In this document: positions 8,840 through 18,712 of the stretch, piece by piece
Numbering within the stretch: the stretch's first letter is position 1
Layout of the letters: each line of letters opens with the position of its first letter
Virus record (IMG/VR): IMGVR_UViG_3300049845_000291
Coordinates: 64,001-128,000 of that record
Origin: a virus
Length of the DNA: 64,000 bases
Reading direction: 5' to 3' (one strand)
Position numbers and translations under genes: made by a program
The notes under the pieces: generated by a model
What the model was told of the DNA's origin: nothing
What the model saw: the letters and a program-made list of their open reading frames with translations, nothing else
Databases searched by the model: none

Positions 8840-10102
8840 TCATTCGTACACCACGCGATCGATCGCGAACCAGCGCGAGTGGTACGGCACGTACGTCTGC
8901 CTGTACGGCGGCGTGAGCAGCCAGATCCAACGACCCGGCTTCGAAGGAACTACACGATTGCCCGCGCCATCGGTAATCACCACGACGCAGTCTGGGTAGC
9001 GCCGTTCCTTGGCAAGCTCGGTGCATTTCTGCTCGATGATGTGGAAGTACGTGCCACCACCGATGCCGAGCTTCTCACCGGTCTTGACCTCGTTGACGGA
9101 GGTATCGAACGCGAAGGTGCGAGTCTCGAACAGGTCCTCTTCCTCTTCGAATGCCTGGCGGATCCGACTGAAGTGCTCGATGTACTTCATACACGAGCCA
9201 GACACGTCGAAAAACACGGCGGCCAGCAGCTTGTCGGGATCGGGCTTGGACTCAACCCGGCCAGGCAACATCATGGTCGAGCTGCTCAGGCGGCGGTTCG
9301 TTCTAGCGAAGCTCTCTTGCTCCTTCTGGGCGCGTTTGCGAAGCTCGCTGCGCTTGAGACCGGCGACGATGTCCTTGAAGTTCACCTTCGGCGGGATGCG
9401 TCGCTCGAGCTCGATGTTGAAGGGCGACAGCGAGATCCCGCGGCCGCCTTCAGGCCCCATGTTCTTGATCATGGCCTGGAGCTCGTCCCAGGACAGGTCC
9501 TGAGCAAGCTGTCCTGCCAAGGCGTCGGGGTCGTTGTCGTCCGCGTACCCACCTTCGTCGGAGTCGTCGTGCTCATCGAGAGTTTGCACGCCCTCGGGGA
9601 CACCTTGCTCGATGAGCTTGCGCAGGTAGTACAAGAACACCTGATTGGGCTCGATCTGCTCGGGGTTCCTGAAGCAGGTCTCAATCCAGCAGTACTTGCT
9701 CCAGTCTCGCAGCAGACCACGAGGAAAGCTGAACAGGTTCACGATCATCTCGTTGATCGTGATGTCCTGCGCGATGTTCACGATTCGTGGAGTGGCGCCA
9801 GGGATGTGCCGTGCGTTTCGCACCCCGTGATCGAGCAAGACGTGCAAGCACTCGTGGATGATCACGAAGATCCGCTCATCCTCCTCGAGCGCGGCCCAGA
9901 ACGCCTCGCCAAGGATCATGTGTGACCGCCCACCGGGCGGGAAGGCCACGCAAGCGGTCTTGGTCTTCTTGCCGAAGTAGATCTCGGACAACGACCAGAA
10001 CGTGTCGAACACGCGGTGGTACTGCTCCAGTGATTGGCTGAGCTCGCGCTTCAGCTCCGCCGGGATCGGCCGGATCGTGGGTTCTGGCAGGTCCTTGAAC
10101 AT
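8840..10102 (-). CDS. Metallopeptidase (HExxH) + vWA domain protein (DUF2201-like)
   Basis: HECLH, NIAQDITIN, MIDAS DVSGS, GGGT, ITDG. Confidence 0.85.
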   Translation of the reverse strand: MFKDLPEPTIRPIPAELKRELSQSLEQYHRVFDTFWSLSEIYFGKKTKTACVAFPPGGRSHMILGEAFWAALEEDERIFVIIHECLHVLLDHGVRNARHIPGATPRIVNIAQDITINEMIVNLFSFPRGLLRDWSKYCWIETCFRNPEQIEPNQVFLYYLRKLIEQGVPEGVQTLDEHDDSDEGGYADDNDPDALAGQLAQDLSWDELQAMIKNMGPEGGRGISLSPFNIELERRIPPKVNFKDIVAGLKRSELRKRAQKEQESFARTNRRLSSSTMMLPGRVESKPDPDKLLAAVFFDVSGSCMKYIEHFSRIRQAFEEEEDLFETRTFAFDTSVNEVKTGEKLGIGGGTYFHIIEQKCTELAKERRYPDCVVVITDGAGNRVVPSKPGRWIWLLTPPYRQTYVPYHSRWFAIDRVVYE

Positions 10103-10290
10103 CAGAGGCTCACCAGGATCGAGGCCAAGAGCGCCAAGACCCAGAACTTCCAGGTAAAGCTCAGCAGCAGCTTCAGCAGACGCTGCCTGATCGTCGGCCC
10201 GTTGACATCAGGGCCGAGCGCGATGCACACCATCAAGAAGAACGTCAGGAAGTACCCAACGCCGTTCAGGGCAAGGATCAAGTTCTCCAT
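10102..10290 (-). CDS. Small membrane protein
   Basis: Two hydrophobic segments; lies between AAA and vWA genes. Confidence 0.55.
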   Translation of the reverse strand: MENLILALNGVGYFLTFFLMVCIALGPDVNGPTIRQRLLKLLLSFTWKFWVLALLASILVSL

Positions 10291-10291
10291 G

Positions 10292-11554
10292 TCACATCCA
10301 TTTCTGTGCTGCAACGCCGAGCAGGTACGTGTGCCCGTTGACCTTCTTGCGCTCGTCCTTGGAGAAGAACGAGAAGGTCTTGTCATTCGACGAGATCAAC
10401 AGCGCCAGGACCGTGAAGTTCGTGTTCGACCCGTCCTCGTTCTTCATGGCCGCTTTCAGCGGGCCGGCCGCGAGAGTTGACATGGCGGCCGCCATGTGCG
10501 ATGCCAGGAGCTTGAGTTGCGAGTTCTGCGCCTGCACCAGGCGTTTGATCTCGTCAGCAACCGACCCATGCTGCTGCGACAGCACCACCGAGTTCACTCG
10601 CCGCGTGATCTCAGGGTCGCCGATCTTGAGACCCTTGAGCTGGTTCATGAGCTCTTGCATGGTCACGATCTGCTTGTCCTGGTTCGTGAGCACTGGGGTC
10701 AGAGCCTCGATGAGCTCCTGCGGCATGACGTCGCGGTACGTTTCGAAGAACTCGATGGCCTGCTTGTTCTTGGCGTTCACGAGCTGCAGAAGCTTCGTGG
10801 CGTTGTTGATCTGGTTCACGAAGGCCTTGGCCGCCGCGCGAGTCTTGATCTCGGCAAGCTGTTCTTGGAAGGTCTTCGAGCGAATCGAGGCGACCAGCTT
10901 CGAGATGTTCACACCTTCCGGCAAGAAGTCCTGCAGTGTGCACCCATGCTCGTGTGCCCGCGCCGCGTACTCGAGACGTCGAGGAGAGATCTTGTGCTGT
11001 TGGTCTTTCGGCAGGTCGCGCCACCAGGTCACGAACGCGTGTCCGGTCTCAGGGAACTGGCGCTTGAAGTACGCCTCGTCCACGTCGTAAGGGACCGCGA
11101 TCTGCACCTGGAACCGGTCCTTGATGGCGCGGTCGAGCTCGTTCACAGTGTAGTCTTCGCTGTCAGCCGGGTTGATGGCCGCCCAGATCAGACGAAGCTT
11201 GTTGAGCTTGAAGCCGTTGATGCTGCGGAACTGGATGAGCTCCATCAGCGCGTTCAAGACCTTGTCCGGCGCGCGGTTGAGCTCGTCGATGAAGATCGCC
11301 TCGATCTCATCAGCCTTGACGAACTCGGGGCGCACTAGGTCGAGCATCTGACCACCACGCTTCTCGTCGCTGATCGCGCGCGGCACACCAACGAGGTCAA
11401 CCCACGGGTCCATGGTGGGGGCCGAGAAGTACTTCGACTTCAGGCCGGCGAAGGCCTCGTTGATCAGCGCGGTCTTGCCGACGCCGGCATGACCCTCGAG
11501 CATGACGTTGTACCCCAGATCGCGGTACATCGCGAGTCGTTCTTGAAGCTTCAT
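10292..11554 (-). CDS. MoxR/dynein-related AAA+ ATPase
   Basis: GHAGVGKT, IFIDELNRA, AAINP, LDRAIKDRF, SPRR. Confidence 0.85.
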   Translation of the reverse strand: MKLQERLAMYRDLGYNVMLEGHAGVGKTALINEAFAGLKSKYFSAPTMDPWVDLVGVPRAISDEKRGGQMLDLVRPEFVKADEIEAIFIDELNRAPDKVLNALMELIQFRSINGFKLNKLRLIWAAINPADSEDYTVNELDRAIKDRFQVQIAVPYDVDEAYFKRQFPETGHAFVTWWRDLPKDQQHKISPRRLEYAARAHEHGCTLQDFLPEGVNISKLVASIRSKTFQEQLAEIKTRAAAKAFVNQINNATKLLQLVNAKNKQAIEFFETYRDVMPQELIEALTPVLTNQDKQIVTMQELMNQLKGLKIGDPEITRRVNSVVLSQQHGSVADEIKRLVQAQNSQLKLLASHMAAAMSTLAAGPLKAAMKNEDGSNTNFTVLALLISSNDKTFSFFSKDERKKVNGHTYLLGVAAQKWM

Positions 11555-11733
11555 TTGGTCGGCAGAATGATGAAACGCTTGACGTCGGGCACGCTGAAGT
11601 GCTCTTGACGGTGTACGCGGAACTCGCCCTTGGTCCACACCGCAGCTTGGGCACCGGTCACCCCGAACACCCAGCACACCGTGCCTTCTTCGAGGCGGGC
11701 CAGCGCCTCTCGGGTTGCCTTGGTCCAGTTCAT
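11551..11733 (-). CDS. Hypothetical protein
   Basis: ATGA overlaps with neighbours. Confidence 0.55.
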   Translation of the reverse strand: MNWTKATREALARLEEGTVCWVFGVTGAQAAVWTKGEFRVHRQEHFSVPDVKRFIILPTK

Positions 11734-11981
11734 CTGAAGCTCTCGATGCGCTCTATCGCCAGGTTTGTTTCGTGCATGCTCTCGCAGTTGACTTGGATGT
11801 ACCGACTGCCGTCTTTATCTGCCCACAGCATGATGCATTCTTTCCATGGTTTACCGTAGATCTTGACAAAGGTGCCGCCTACCAAGACCCGGTACCAGCG
11901 GAACTGCACGAGCCTCTGCTCAATGTTTTCCAACAAGGCGAACGGGTCGAAGCTGACCAAACGACGGATCAAGAGAAGCAT
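11730..11981 (-). CDS. Hypothetical protein
   Basis: In operon; GGAGG upstream. Confidence 0.5.
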   Translation of the reverse strand: MLLLIRRLVSFDPFALLENIEQRLVQFRWYRVLVGGTFVKIYGKPWKECIMLWADKDGSRYIQVNCESMHETNLAIERIESFR

Positions 11982-12334
11982 GCGTCTTCCTCCAAGCGGC
12001 GCTCCCACGCGATGGTGTCTTCCTCGCTGTACGCGGCCGAGCCGTACGCCGGGAAGGTTTCCTCCCAGCTCTCGAAACAGACAGGGAGCTTGTTGAAGTT
12101 CTTCAGGCGAGCGGTCAGCCGCTCGGCCATCACACCAGCGTCCTGCAGCAGCTCGCTCTCGATGCGACCAGAAGACACGTGCAAACGGCGACGATTGCCG
12201 AGCTCGTCCTCTGCTACCACGTACGCGGCAAACCCGTAGATATGACCGCGCGGGTTGTCGAAGTCCGCGTTCTCGGGGTTGGTGCCAAGAACGACGATGT
12301 CGGTCATCGGCGCGAAGGTCAGGTTGGTGTGCAT
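11969..12334 (-). CDS. Hypothetical protein
   Basis: ATG 7 nt after TATGAT -10. Confidence 0.6.
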   Translation of the reverse strand: MHTNLTFAPMTDIVVLGTNPENADFDNPRGHIYGFAAYVVAEDELGNRRRLHVSSGRIESELLQDAGVMAERLTARLKNFNKLPVCFESWEETFPAYGSAAYSEEDTIAWERRLEEDACFS

Positions 12335-12424
12335 GCTTGCATCATACACCAAGAACCAATTCAATCTGTAACAGCACAGAGAGTGTAACGTACAATCAAG
12401 ACATGCCGTCACCGGAAGACGGCC

Positions 12425-12874
12425 ATGACCCCTATAAGTTTGAATAGCGTCGCGATTCAGTGGCGCGAATTTTTGAAGGACGTGCCAATCAAGACGGCCC
12501 TCAATGAGGCTGGGCACGTTCAGGGCGCGTGTTCGGTGTACAAGCTTCAGATAGACCTAATCGCCGAGCGCACAACAAGCTGGTGGTACGTTGGGTACAC
12601 CGCGCGCGACCCCAAGATTCGCTTGATCGAGCACTGCTCTGATCTTCGAACCTGCCATGTTACCGTGAACAACTCAAAGTCCAAGCTCTACGACCCAGAG
12701 TTCATGCACGGGCTGCAGCTCATCAGCCTGAACATGTCAGTCGTTCAAGGTGGGCTGGATGCGAATCAGGCGCCCATGATGGAGCGCCTGATTGCGATGG
12801 GGCTACGGAAATCAGTTGGTGAGGCATTACTCACCAAGCAGCCAGACCCTAAGTTTAGGGTAGTCTACGGCTGA
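12425..12874 (+). CDS. GIY-YIG-like nuclease domain protein
   Basis: SVYKL...YVGYT..DPKIRLIEH...MER. Confidence 0.55.
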   Translation: MTPISLNSVAIQWREFLKDVPIKTALNEAGHVQGACSVYKLQIDLIAERTTSWWYVGYTARDPKIRLIEHCSDLRTCHVTVNNSKSKLYDPEFMHGLQLISLNMSVVQGGLDANQAPMMERLIAMGLRKSVGEALLTKQPDPKFRVVYG

Positions 12875-13349
12875 TGTACTCGGCCAGCGCGTACTTGAAG
12901 TTCTCTTCGAGCTGATCTTCTCGAATCTCGATCAGCTCGAGCTGTTCAGGAATCGAGGCGTGATCTCCAACATCGACCAACAGCACGCCCTTGTGTGTGG
13001 CCCCGTTCAGGAGCACGTCAAGCGCGACCTGAAAGTCTGGATCGGCCGGGTCAATGGTGCCCAGACGCTTCATTTGTTGCGCCAACGCTCGAACCTCTGC
13101 AGAGATTGCCGCCTGCATTTCAGCAGCCGCAACGAGTTGCTCTACAGCACGCCGGTGCATCTCATTCAGCTCGGTGTTCGCTATGCACATCGTGATGACT
13201 GCCTCCTCAAGGCGGTCAACAAGATCAGTAAGACCTAGCTCCCCGTCTTCAGTTTGCTCTTCGAATGTCTCCAGGATGGCGTTCAAGGCTCCAAGGAGCC
13301 TAGCATGGAGATCGGGGACCTCGTTCTTTGGTCTTGAGCTCAGGATCAT
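12855..13349 (-). CDS. Hypothetical acidic helical protein
   Basis: 164-aa ORF, ATGA overlap. Confidence 0.6.
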   Translation of the reverse strand: MILSSRPKNEVPDLHARLLGALNAILETFEEQTEDGELGLTDLVDRLEEAVITMCIANTELNEMHRRAVEQLVAAAEMQAAISAEVRALAQQMKRLGTIDPADPDFQVALDVLLNGATHKGVLLVDVGDHASIPEQLELIEIREDQLEENFKYALAEYISRRLP

Positions 13350-13966
13350 TTCTCACCTCGTTCGCGCTTCAAGCGCGCCTCATGGTCACCTGGGAAGTAC
13401 CTAGCGTGACACCTCGTCCAATCATCACGAAAGCAGGCCTGAGCTTCTTGAATCGTGATGCTCTTCGCGTTGCAGACCTCCTTGCGAAGGCGGACCTCCA
13501 ACCTGGTCTTTTCGTACACCGTCCACTCAGCACGGTACTCATGGGGCCAGAGGTTCTCGATGTCGTTTGAGCCACCAACCGCGAGCGGGATCAGGTGGTC
13601 GATCTTGCAACCGCCGCGGCACTTGCTTTTCTCAACCCCATAGTTCTGGTACACCTTGTTCAGGCGGGACCGTGGTACAACGCGTGCGCGTTCTGTGTAT
13701 CCCTTCTGGCAGACGAGCGCGGTGTCGGTTGTCGCGACAGCGCCAGGGGTCAGCACTGGATCGGGTAGGTGGTAGTACGATCGAATGGTTCGCGTCTCGG
13801 AGGCGTGCGCTAGATTGACGTTCGCCAGGCCGACGAGAACCAAGACAGCAACGACGATTAGACCGACCCAGAGCAAACCGCGCTGTTGCTGAGTCAATGG
13901 CTTGAAGTTCAACACCATCAACCCCGCTAACAGCGCTACTGCTAGTAGGAAAAACAGACCGCTCAC
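13346..13966 (-). CDS. Membrane-anchored HNH-family nuclease-like protein
   Basis: Two N-terminal TM helices ending AHA; IDHLIPLAVGGSN...NLWP motif. Confidence 0.7.
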   Translation of the reverse strand: MSGLFFLLAVALLAGLMVLNFKPLTQQQRGLLWVGLIVVAVLVLVGLANVNLAHASETRTIRSYYHLPDPVLTPGAVATTDTALVCQKGYTERARVVPRSRLNKVYQNYGVEKSKCRGGCKIDHLIPLAVGGSNDIENLWPHEYRAEWTVYEKTRLEVRLRKEVCNAKSITIQEAQACFRDDWTRCHARYFPGDHEARLKRERGEK

Positions 13967-14292
13967 GCAAATTCCTCCTCTTCATCTTCTTCTGGGGCAA
14001 CCCAGCCGATCAGCAGCTCGTGCTGATCGGCCAGTCCCCGCAGCTCAATTGCCTCATCATCTTCCAGATCGACCGGATCAACGGGACCGCAACGCTCGAG
14101 AAAGATCTCGACGTCGTTCATTCCGTTGAAACCATGACCAGAGAAGTACACGTTGGTTCGACGAACCCCCGTGATCACGACGTACTCGTTGTTCTCGGTG
14201 TGCAGATAAACCTGACCGACTTGGATGATGGGGGTACGCTGCATTTCCTCGTCTCCTCGTTGAAAGTATCGTGAAACCGATTCTATGCTCAT
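13963..14292 (-). CDS. Hypothetical acidic protein
   Basis: ORF, overlap with downstream gene. Confidence 0.6.
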   Translation of the reverse strand: MSIESVSRYFQRGDEEMQRTPIIQVGQVYLHTENNEYVVITGVRRTNVYFSGHGFNGMNDVEIFLERCGPVDPVDLEDDEAIELRGLADQHELLIGWVAPEEDEEEEFA

Positions 14293-14333
14293 GAAAACAG
14301 AACGTACAACTACATTATTGGGTCTGAGGTAGG

Positions 14334-17300
14334 TTAGGTCACAGTCAAAGTCAAGGTGTAGTCAGTGAAGTCCGGGGTTGCAACGCTGTTGTTGTCCCAG
14401 TTCACGCGCAGGGTGAAGTTGTACGTGCCGACCGTGTTCACCGTTGAGTTGTTGGTGATCTTGACCCGGTTGGACGTGAACGCAACTGTAGAAGAAGCAC
14501 CGGAGTTCCAGTCGGCCAGCGACACCAACGACATGCCAGGCGGCAGCGAGCCGCTGACGACGCTGATCGCGGTAGCGCGCGGGTTAGACATGTTACCGGT
14601 GATCGATGAGGCCAGGTACACCGTTGCGGCACCCTGTGCGACCGTCGCCGTGGTAGTTCCAGCGCCGCTCGTTAGAGAACCAGAGTTGGCGTACCAGCGG
14701 AACTGGGCCGGGACTGTGCGTGGCTGAACGTTCAAAGTAAACGTGCCTGTGGTGGTTCCAACCGGGCTTGTTGCCTGGACCACCATGGTTCCGCCGTTCT
14801 GCGAAAGCGTGACCGCGGTCGTTGGCAATTGCGACAAGTTGAAGTTCGGCGCGGTGCCGGTCCACGTCATGCCGGCGATTGGTGTGCCGTTGATGGTGAC
14901 CGTCGCGGTTGGAGTCGTGGTGCTCGTGACCGCGATTGGGTCCACATGCGCCGCGATGTCTGGCTGCGGGGCGACCGTGACCGTTGTACCGCCGGCCAGA
15001 CGGAATGGTGCGCCAAGCACTGCTGGCGAGTTCACTGTCAGCGAACGGGTCGTGATGTTCGAACCAGCCGCGTTCGTGGCGCGCATGCGAATCGTGTACG
15101 TGCCAGGTGTGTAGTTCTGGACACGTGTATCGCCCCCAACACCAACTGCGTCGAATGAGCCGTCGTTCGTGTAGTCCCACTCGATCAGCGTTGGGCTGTT
15201 TGTTGAGGTATCGACCAGCGTGATGGCTGCTGGGTTGCCAGTTGCTGGGCTCGGCGTCACGGTGAAGCTGGCAACAGGTGCAGAGACTGGAGGCGGCGTC
15301 ACGGTGCCAATCACGAACTGCGTGGCGCTTGAACCAAGCTCGTCAGTCGAGGTGAAGGCCAATGGGGCTGGGTACAGTCGCAGACCAGCGCCATAGGTTG
15401 TCGAGTCGTCAATCCAACGCCAAGACACCGAGAACACACCAGTTGTGGCGCCGGTTGTTGAGACTCGGACGAACAGGTCAATTGAGTCGGGGCTCGAGCC
15501 GTTTGCGCCAATGTTACCTTGGATCGATACCGTGGCGGCACCGCTGGTCACCGTTTGCATGTCCGTCTTGGTGGTGCTCATGGTGGAGTACCCGCCATCA
15601 ATCACGCTCACCAAGGTTGGTGAGGCCGCCGTGCTCAAGTTGTACAGCGCGTCAAAGGTCAAACGCCAACGGCCCCTTGCTGAGCACAAGGCCACAAGAT
15701 CAGTGTCACTTGCGCCTGAACCGGTTGGGGCATGCGTCAAGAAGATCTCGATCGCCTGGCCAGAGGTGAAGAACCGCTGACGCTCGGCCGCGCTGAACCT
15801 AAAGCGAAGACCATTCTCGCGCAGCGTCGCAAGGCTGTTCGTCGTGGCGTCGATTGAGAACAGCTGGTGGTTTGTGATGCCGACACCTGGTGCGAAGTCA
15901 TCGTTGGTGCCACTGGTTCCGAGGATACCTCGGAGCTTATACCGGCTAGCGATCGCCGCACCAAGCACGTTCACGGTCTCTTGGTAGAACTGCAGCAGCG
16001 AAATTGATCCCCAACGCGTGCGTGAGTGCCGTTGTAGACGAGCTGCAAGTGGACTTGTGGTTGACACACGAGTGATCGGTGCCGGTGGCAGACCATCTTG
16101 AATGAACGGAAGCGGGCTGATGCGATCCAGCATGATCTCTGGGAGCTCATAGCGTGCGATCGCCCAGCGGCAGGCCGACAACAGCTTGTCCCAGTCCTGC
16201 GAGTTTGGATCAACGTCAAGGGTCCCAAGACTGTCGTCGCTGAGCTGGATCAGGACGTTCATGTCTTCTGGAATTGCCGCACGGTATGCACGGCGCAAGC
16301 TTGCGTCAAGTGTGTCGAACGGGGTCAAGAAATCGATGTATCGCCCAAAGGCGCCAGAACCGCCAAATCCAAATTGATCACCAATCAGGCGCATCAGTAG
16401 CCCGTTGATGTAGTCGTACTCACGGCGTCCGGCACCAAGATCGATTGGAGGGTACACCTGTTCCCAGCCACCGATCGCACCCTCTACCAACGTGCTAGGC
16501 ACCAGGAGCAAGTCATTCACAGGAAGCGCCGTGGTCCAGAGCGTGATCGAAGAGATGCCTGCTCCACCAGTGGCTTCCATCGTCGTCGACACGATTCTGC
16601 CGATAGCAAGGGTGCGTTCACCGGGTGTGGTGCCGGGCGTGAAGTCCACCCATGCGATGTTGTTGTCGTACTGCCAGCGGTCATCGGCCAAACGTCGAAC
16701 TGAGAAGAACCTCGAAGCTGCATCGCCGGTGGAGGTCATGAGCGCACCTCCCGATTCGTCCCAGACAAGGAAGCCGTCGTTAGGGAAGTTCGTCCAGAGT
16801 GCGCCGCGCGGAATTGTGATGGCGGTGCCAGTGCGCGAGTCAATGATGGAACCGTTCACGTCGGCTGGCGACGCGCCAGTGTAGCCACTGATGTACGCTT
16901 CGCTCATATTTGAGCCAACCGCGCCAGCAAACGTGCTGGTGTTCAGCTTGACGGCCAGCGTTGTGGTGTTTGCTGGTGGGTAGTACCCGGTGCTATCCCA
17001 CTGGATCTGTGGGTACCGACCGACGCCAGTGTAAACGTACAGCGTGCCTGAAGCCGAACCGGTCTTTGAAAACCAAGTGTCGCCGAGTGTCGCCGGAGAA
17101 GGGGGTGCAGCCCCAACCTCGGTGACCTGCATGCCGCCCACTGCCTTCCACGTCCGCGCCGTCGTCACGGGCGGCGAGCTGGTGCAGACCTTCATGACAC
17201 CGCTGCTCGTGTCGTACCAGATCTGGCCGACGGTGGCATTTGCCGGCTCAACGTTCGATGCGAAGTTCTCCAAGAGCCGCATCAGGTTCTCTTGCTGAAC

Positions 17301-17438
17301 CTTGCCGTAATTCGGTGCACCCTTGCCTGTGAAGATCAACGAGGCCTGGTTTGAAACCACCGCGCCAGGTGGTACGTTGATTGAGACCTGCTTCTGCAGG
17401 TACGGGAGCGAGGGGTTGCTCCAGGTCAATAAGAACAT
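14334..17438 (-). CDS. Large virion structural/tail-fibre protein with PKD/Ig-like domains
   Basis: N-terminal GKGAPNYG..ENLMRLLENFA..P....GQIWYD motif of large-phage fibre proteins; PKD-like PVASFT...WDY.NDG...YTPGTYTI; TAAATA 17505-17510; GGAG SD. Confidence 0.8.
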   Translation of the reverse strand: MFLLTWSNPSLPYLQKQVSINVPPGAVVSNQASLIFTGKGAPNYGKVQQENLMRLLENFASNVEPANATVGQIWYDTSSGVMKVCTSSPPVTTARTWKAVGGMQVTEVGAAPPSPATLGDTWFSKTGSASGTLYVYTGVGRYPQIQWDSTGYYPPANTTTLAVKLNTSTFAGAVGSNMSEAYISGYTGASPADVNGSIIDSRTGTAITIPRGALWTNFPNDGFLVWDESGGALMTSTGDAASRFFSVRRLADDRWQYDNNIAWVDFTPGTTPGERTLAIGRIVSTTMEATGGAGISSITLWTTALPVNDLLLVPSTLVEGAIGGWEQVYPPIDLGAGRREYDYINGLLMRLIGDQFGFGGSGAFGRYIDFLTPFDTLDASLRRAYRAAIPEDMNVLIQLSDDSLGTLDVDPNSQDWDKLLSACRWAIARYELPEIMLDRISPLPFIQDGLPPAPITRVSTTSPLAARLQRHSRTRWGSISLLQFYQETVNVLGAAIASRYKLRGILGTSGTNDDFAPGVGITNHQLFSIDATTNSLATLRENGLRFRFSAAERQRFFTSGQAIEIFLTHAPTGSGASDTDLVALCSARGRWRLTFDALYNLSTAASPTLVSVIDGGYSTMSTTKTDMQTVTSGAATVSIQGNIGANGSSPDSIDLFVRVSTTGATTGVFSVSWRWIDDSTTYGAGLRLYPAPLAFTSTDELGSSATQFVIGTVTPPPVSAPVASFTVTPSPATGNPAAITLVDTSTNSPTLIEWDYTNDGSFDAVGVGGDTRVQNYTPGTYTIRMRATNAAGSNITTRSLTVNSPAVLGAPFRLAGGTTVTVAPQPDIAAHVDPIAVTSTTTPTATVTINGTPIAGMTWTGTAPNFNLSQLPTTAVTLSQNGGTMVVQATSPVGTTTGTFTLNVQPRTVPAQFRWYANSGSLTSGAGTTTATVAQGAATVYLASSITGNMSNPRATAISVVSGSLPPGMSLVSLADWNSGASSTVAFTSNRVKITNNSTVNTVGTYNFTLRVNWDNNSVATPDFTDYTLTLTVT

Positions 17439-17606
17439 GCTGTCTCCATCCGTTGGCTGAATGTCATGGACTTCGTCGACCAACTCTCTCAAGACGAAGC
17501 AGGCTATTTAGTTTCACGTGCTGAAAGACGACCCAAAGGATCCGGGACTTTGGAAACACGGATGAGACATCGTGACCTAAATACACCGTGACCTTAAGGA
17601 GCTCAC

Positions 17607-17849
17607 ATGAAGACGATTGAAGATCAAGTTGATGACCTTCTTGAGGAGCGTCCACAAGACGTCCACGAAGACCCTGGTGTGCCGCCGTTGCGCGTGCCGG
17701 ATGACGAAGATCTGGAGGAGATCGTTGAGGACGCGTACAACTTGCTCTCAGACCTGCTCGACAGACCCATGCCAAAGGGTCTGAAGGAACGTCTCGTTGA
17801 GCTGCACGGTCGTCTCGAAGAGATCACCGGCTGGTCAACATTCCATTAG
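17607..17849 (+). CDS. Small acidic late protein
   Basis: TAAATA 17578-17583, AAGGAG SD. Confidence 0.7.
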   Translation: MKTIEDQVDDLLEERPQDVHEDPGVPPLRVPDDEDLEEIVEDAYNLLSDLLDRPMPKGLKERLVELHGRLEEITGWSTFH

Positions 17850-18052
17850 CGGTTAGGGTCATTCAGCCTTAGGGTGATCAGGGCCTCAACGCGCTTGAGC
17901 GCTTCATTGAGTGGTTTCAAGTACGCCTGATTGCCTTTGGCCATGAAGACCTTGTCAAGCAGCTTGTTCTTGACGTCGATCAGCTGGTCAAGATTAAGCC
18001 TGTCCCAGTCAGCTGGCGGCGGCAGTTCAACGCGTTGTTGGTCAACCCACAT
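17846..18052 (-). CDS. Hypothetical protein
   Basis: GAGG SD before MWVDQ. Confidence 0.55.
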   Translation of the reverse strand: MWVDQQRVELPPPADWDRLNLDQLIDVKNKLLDKVFMAKGNQAYLKPLNEALKRVEALITLRLNDPNR

Positions 18053-18124
18053 ACTTCCTCCGTTCAGTTCTTGAGTACTTACTACGACCGGTCGTAAATA
18101 CGCAGACAACAACTTGGCAAGACC

Positions 18125-18514
18125 ATGCAGCTACTTCGTCAAATCGTTCATGAAGCCACCTGGTGCCTTGGCCCTCCCGGGCACAGCACCCAGCAAGTTG
18201 ACCTAACTCTTCAAGAGATTGTCGACGCTGGCAGGGTCACGAATCCATACCAGCTCTTTGTGCTTGGTCGCATGGCGATGTTCTTCAAGCGTGGTCTCAA
18301 AAGCGCGGATCTGCAGCTCGAGAACCCTGTGAACTTTGAATCAGGTGAGACCTCCTCAGAGCTCAAAAGCGAGCTTGAAGGCCTCAGCGACGCTGAGCGT
18401 GTTTCGCTGGCGCAGTACCTGCTGGACTGCATCAAAGCTGGCGAGTGCATGCTGTATGACCAGCAGATGAAGATCGGCGAGTGGATTCGCTTCGTTCTTC
18501 GCAAACAAGATTGA
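18125..18514 (+). CDS. Late hypothetical protein
   Basis: TAAATA 18095-18100. Confidence 0.7.
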   Translation: MQLLRQIVHEATWCLGPPGHSTQQVDLTLQEIVDAGRVTNPYQLFVLGRMAMFFKRGLKSADLQLENPVNFESGETSSELKSELEGLSDAERVSLAQYLLDCIKAGECMLYDQQMKIGEWIRFVLRKQD

Positions 18515-18712
18515 GCGTGCAGCTCAGACCAAACTCTCCGGTGTGCCCAAAGCAGCACGCCGTGCTTGAGGCAATCAAGGGCAATTCCTACTACTATGGT
18601 GCGGACATCTTCGTCGCACAACGGCTTTCTCGTGCCCCGCTGATTGGCTTCGTACGTCGCATGGAGGAATCCACGTAGACGCACTCCACCGCCCATTCCT
18701 GTAGGAGGAACC

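Noticed and set aside
6273-11338. Long plus-strand ORFs (320, 250, 348, 253, 280 aa)
   Set aside because: Antisense to well-supported minus-strand genes; composition typical of shadow frames
18481-18712. Structured ncRNA or riboswitch upstream of phoH
   Set aside because: Only short weak stems; the region is equally explained by a small ORF ending at 18678
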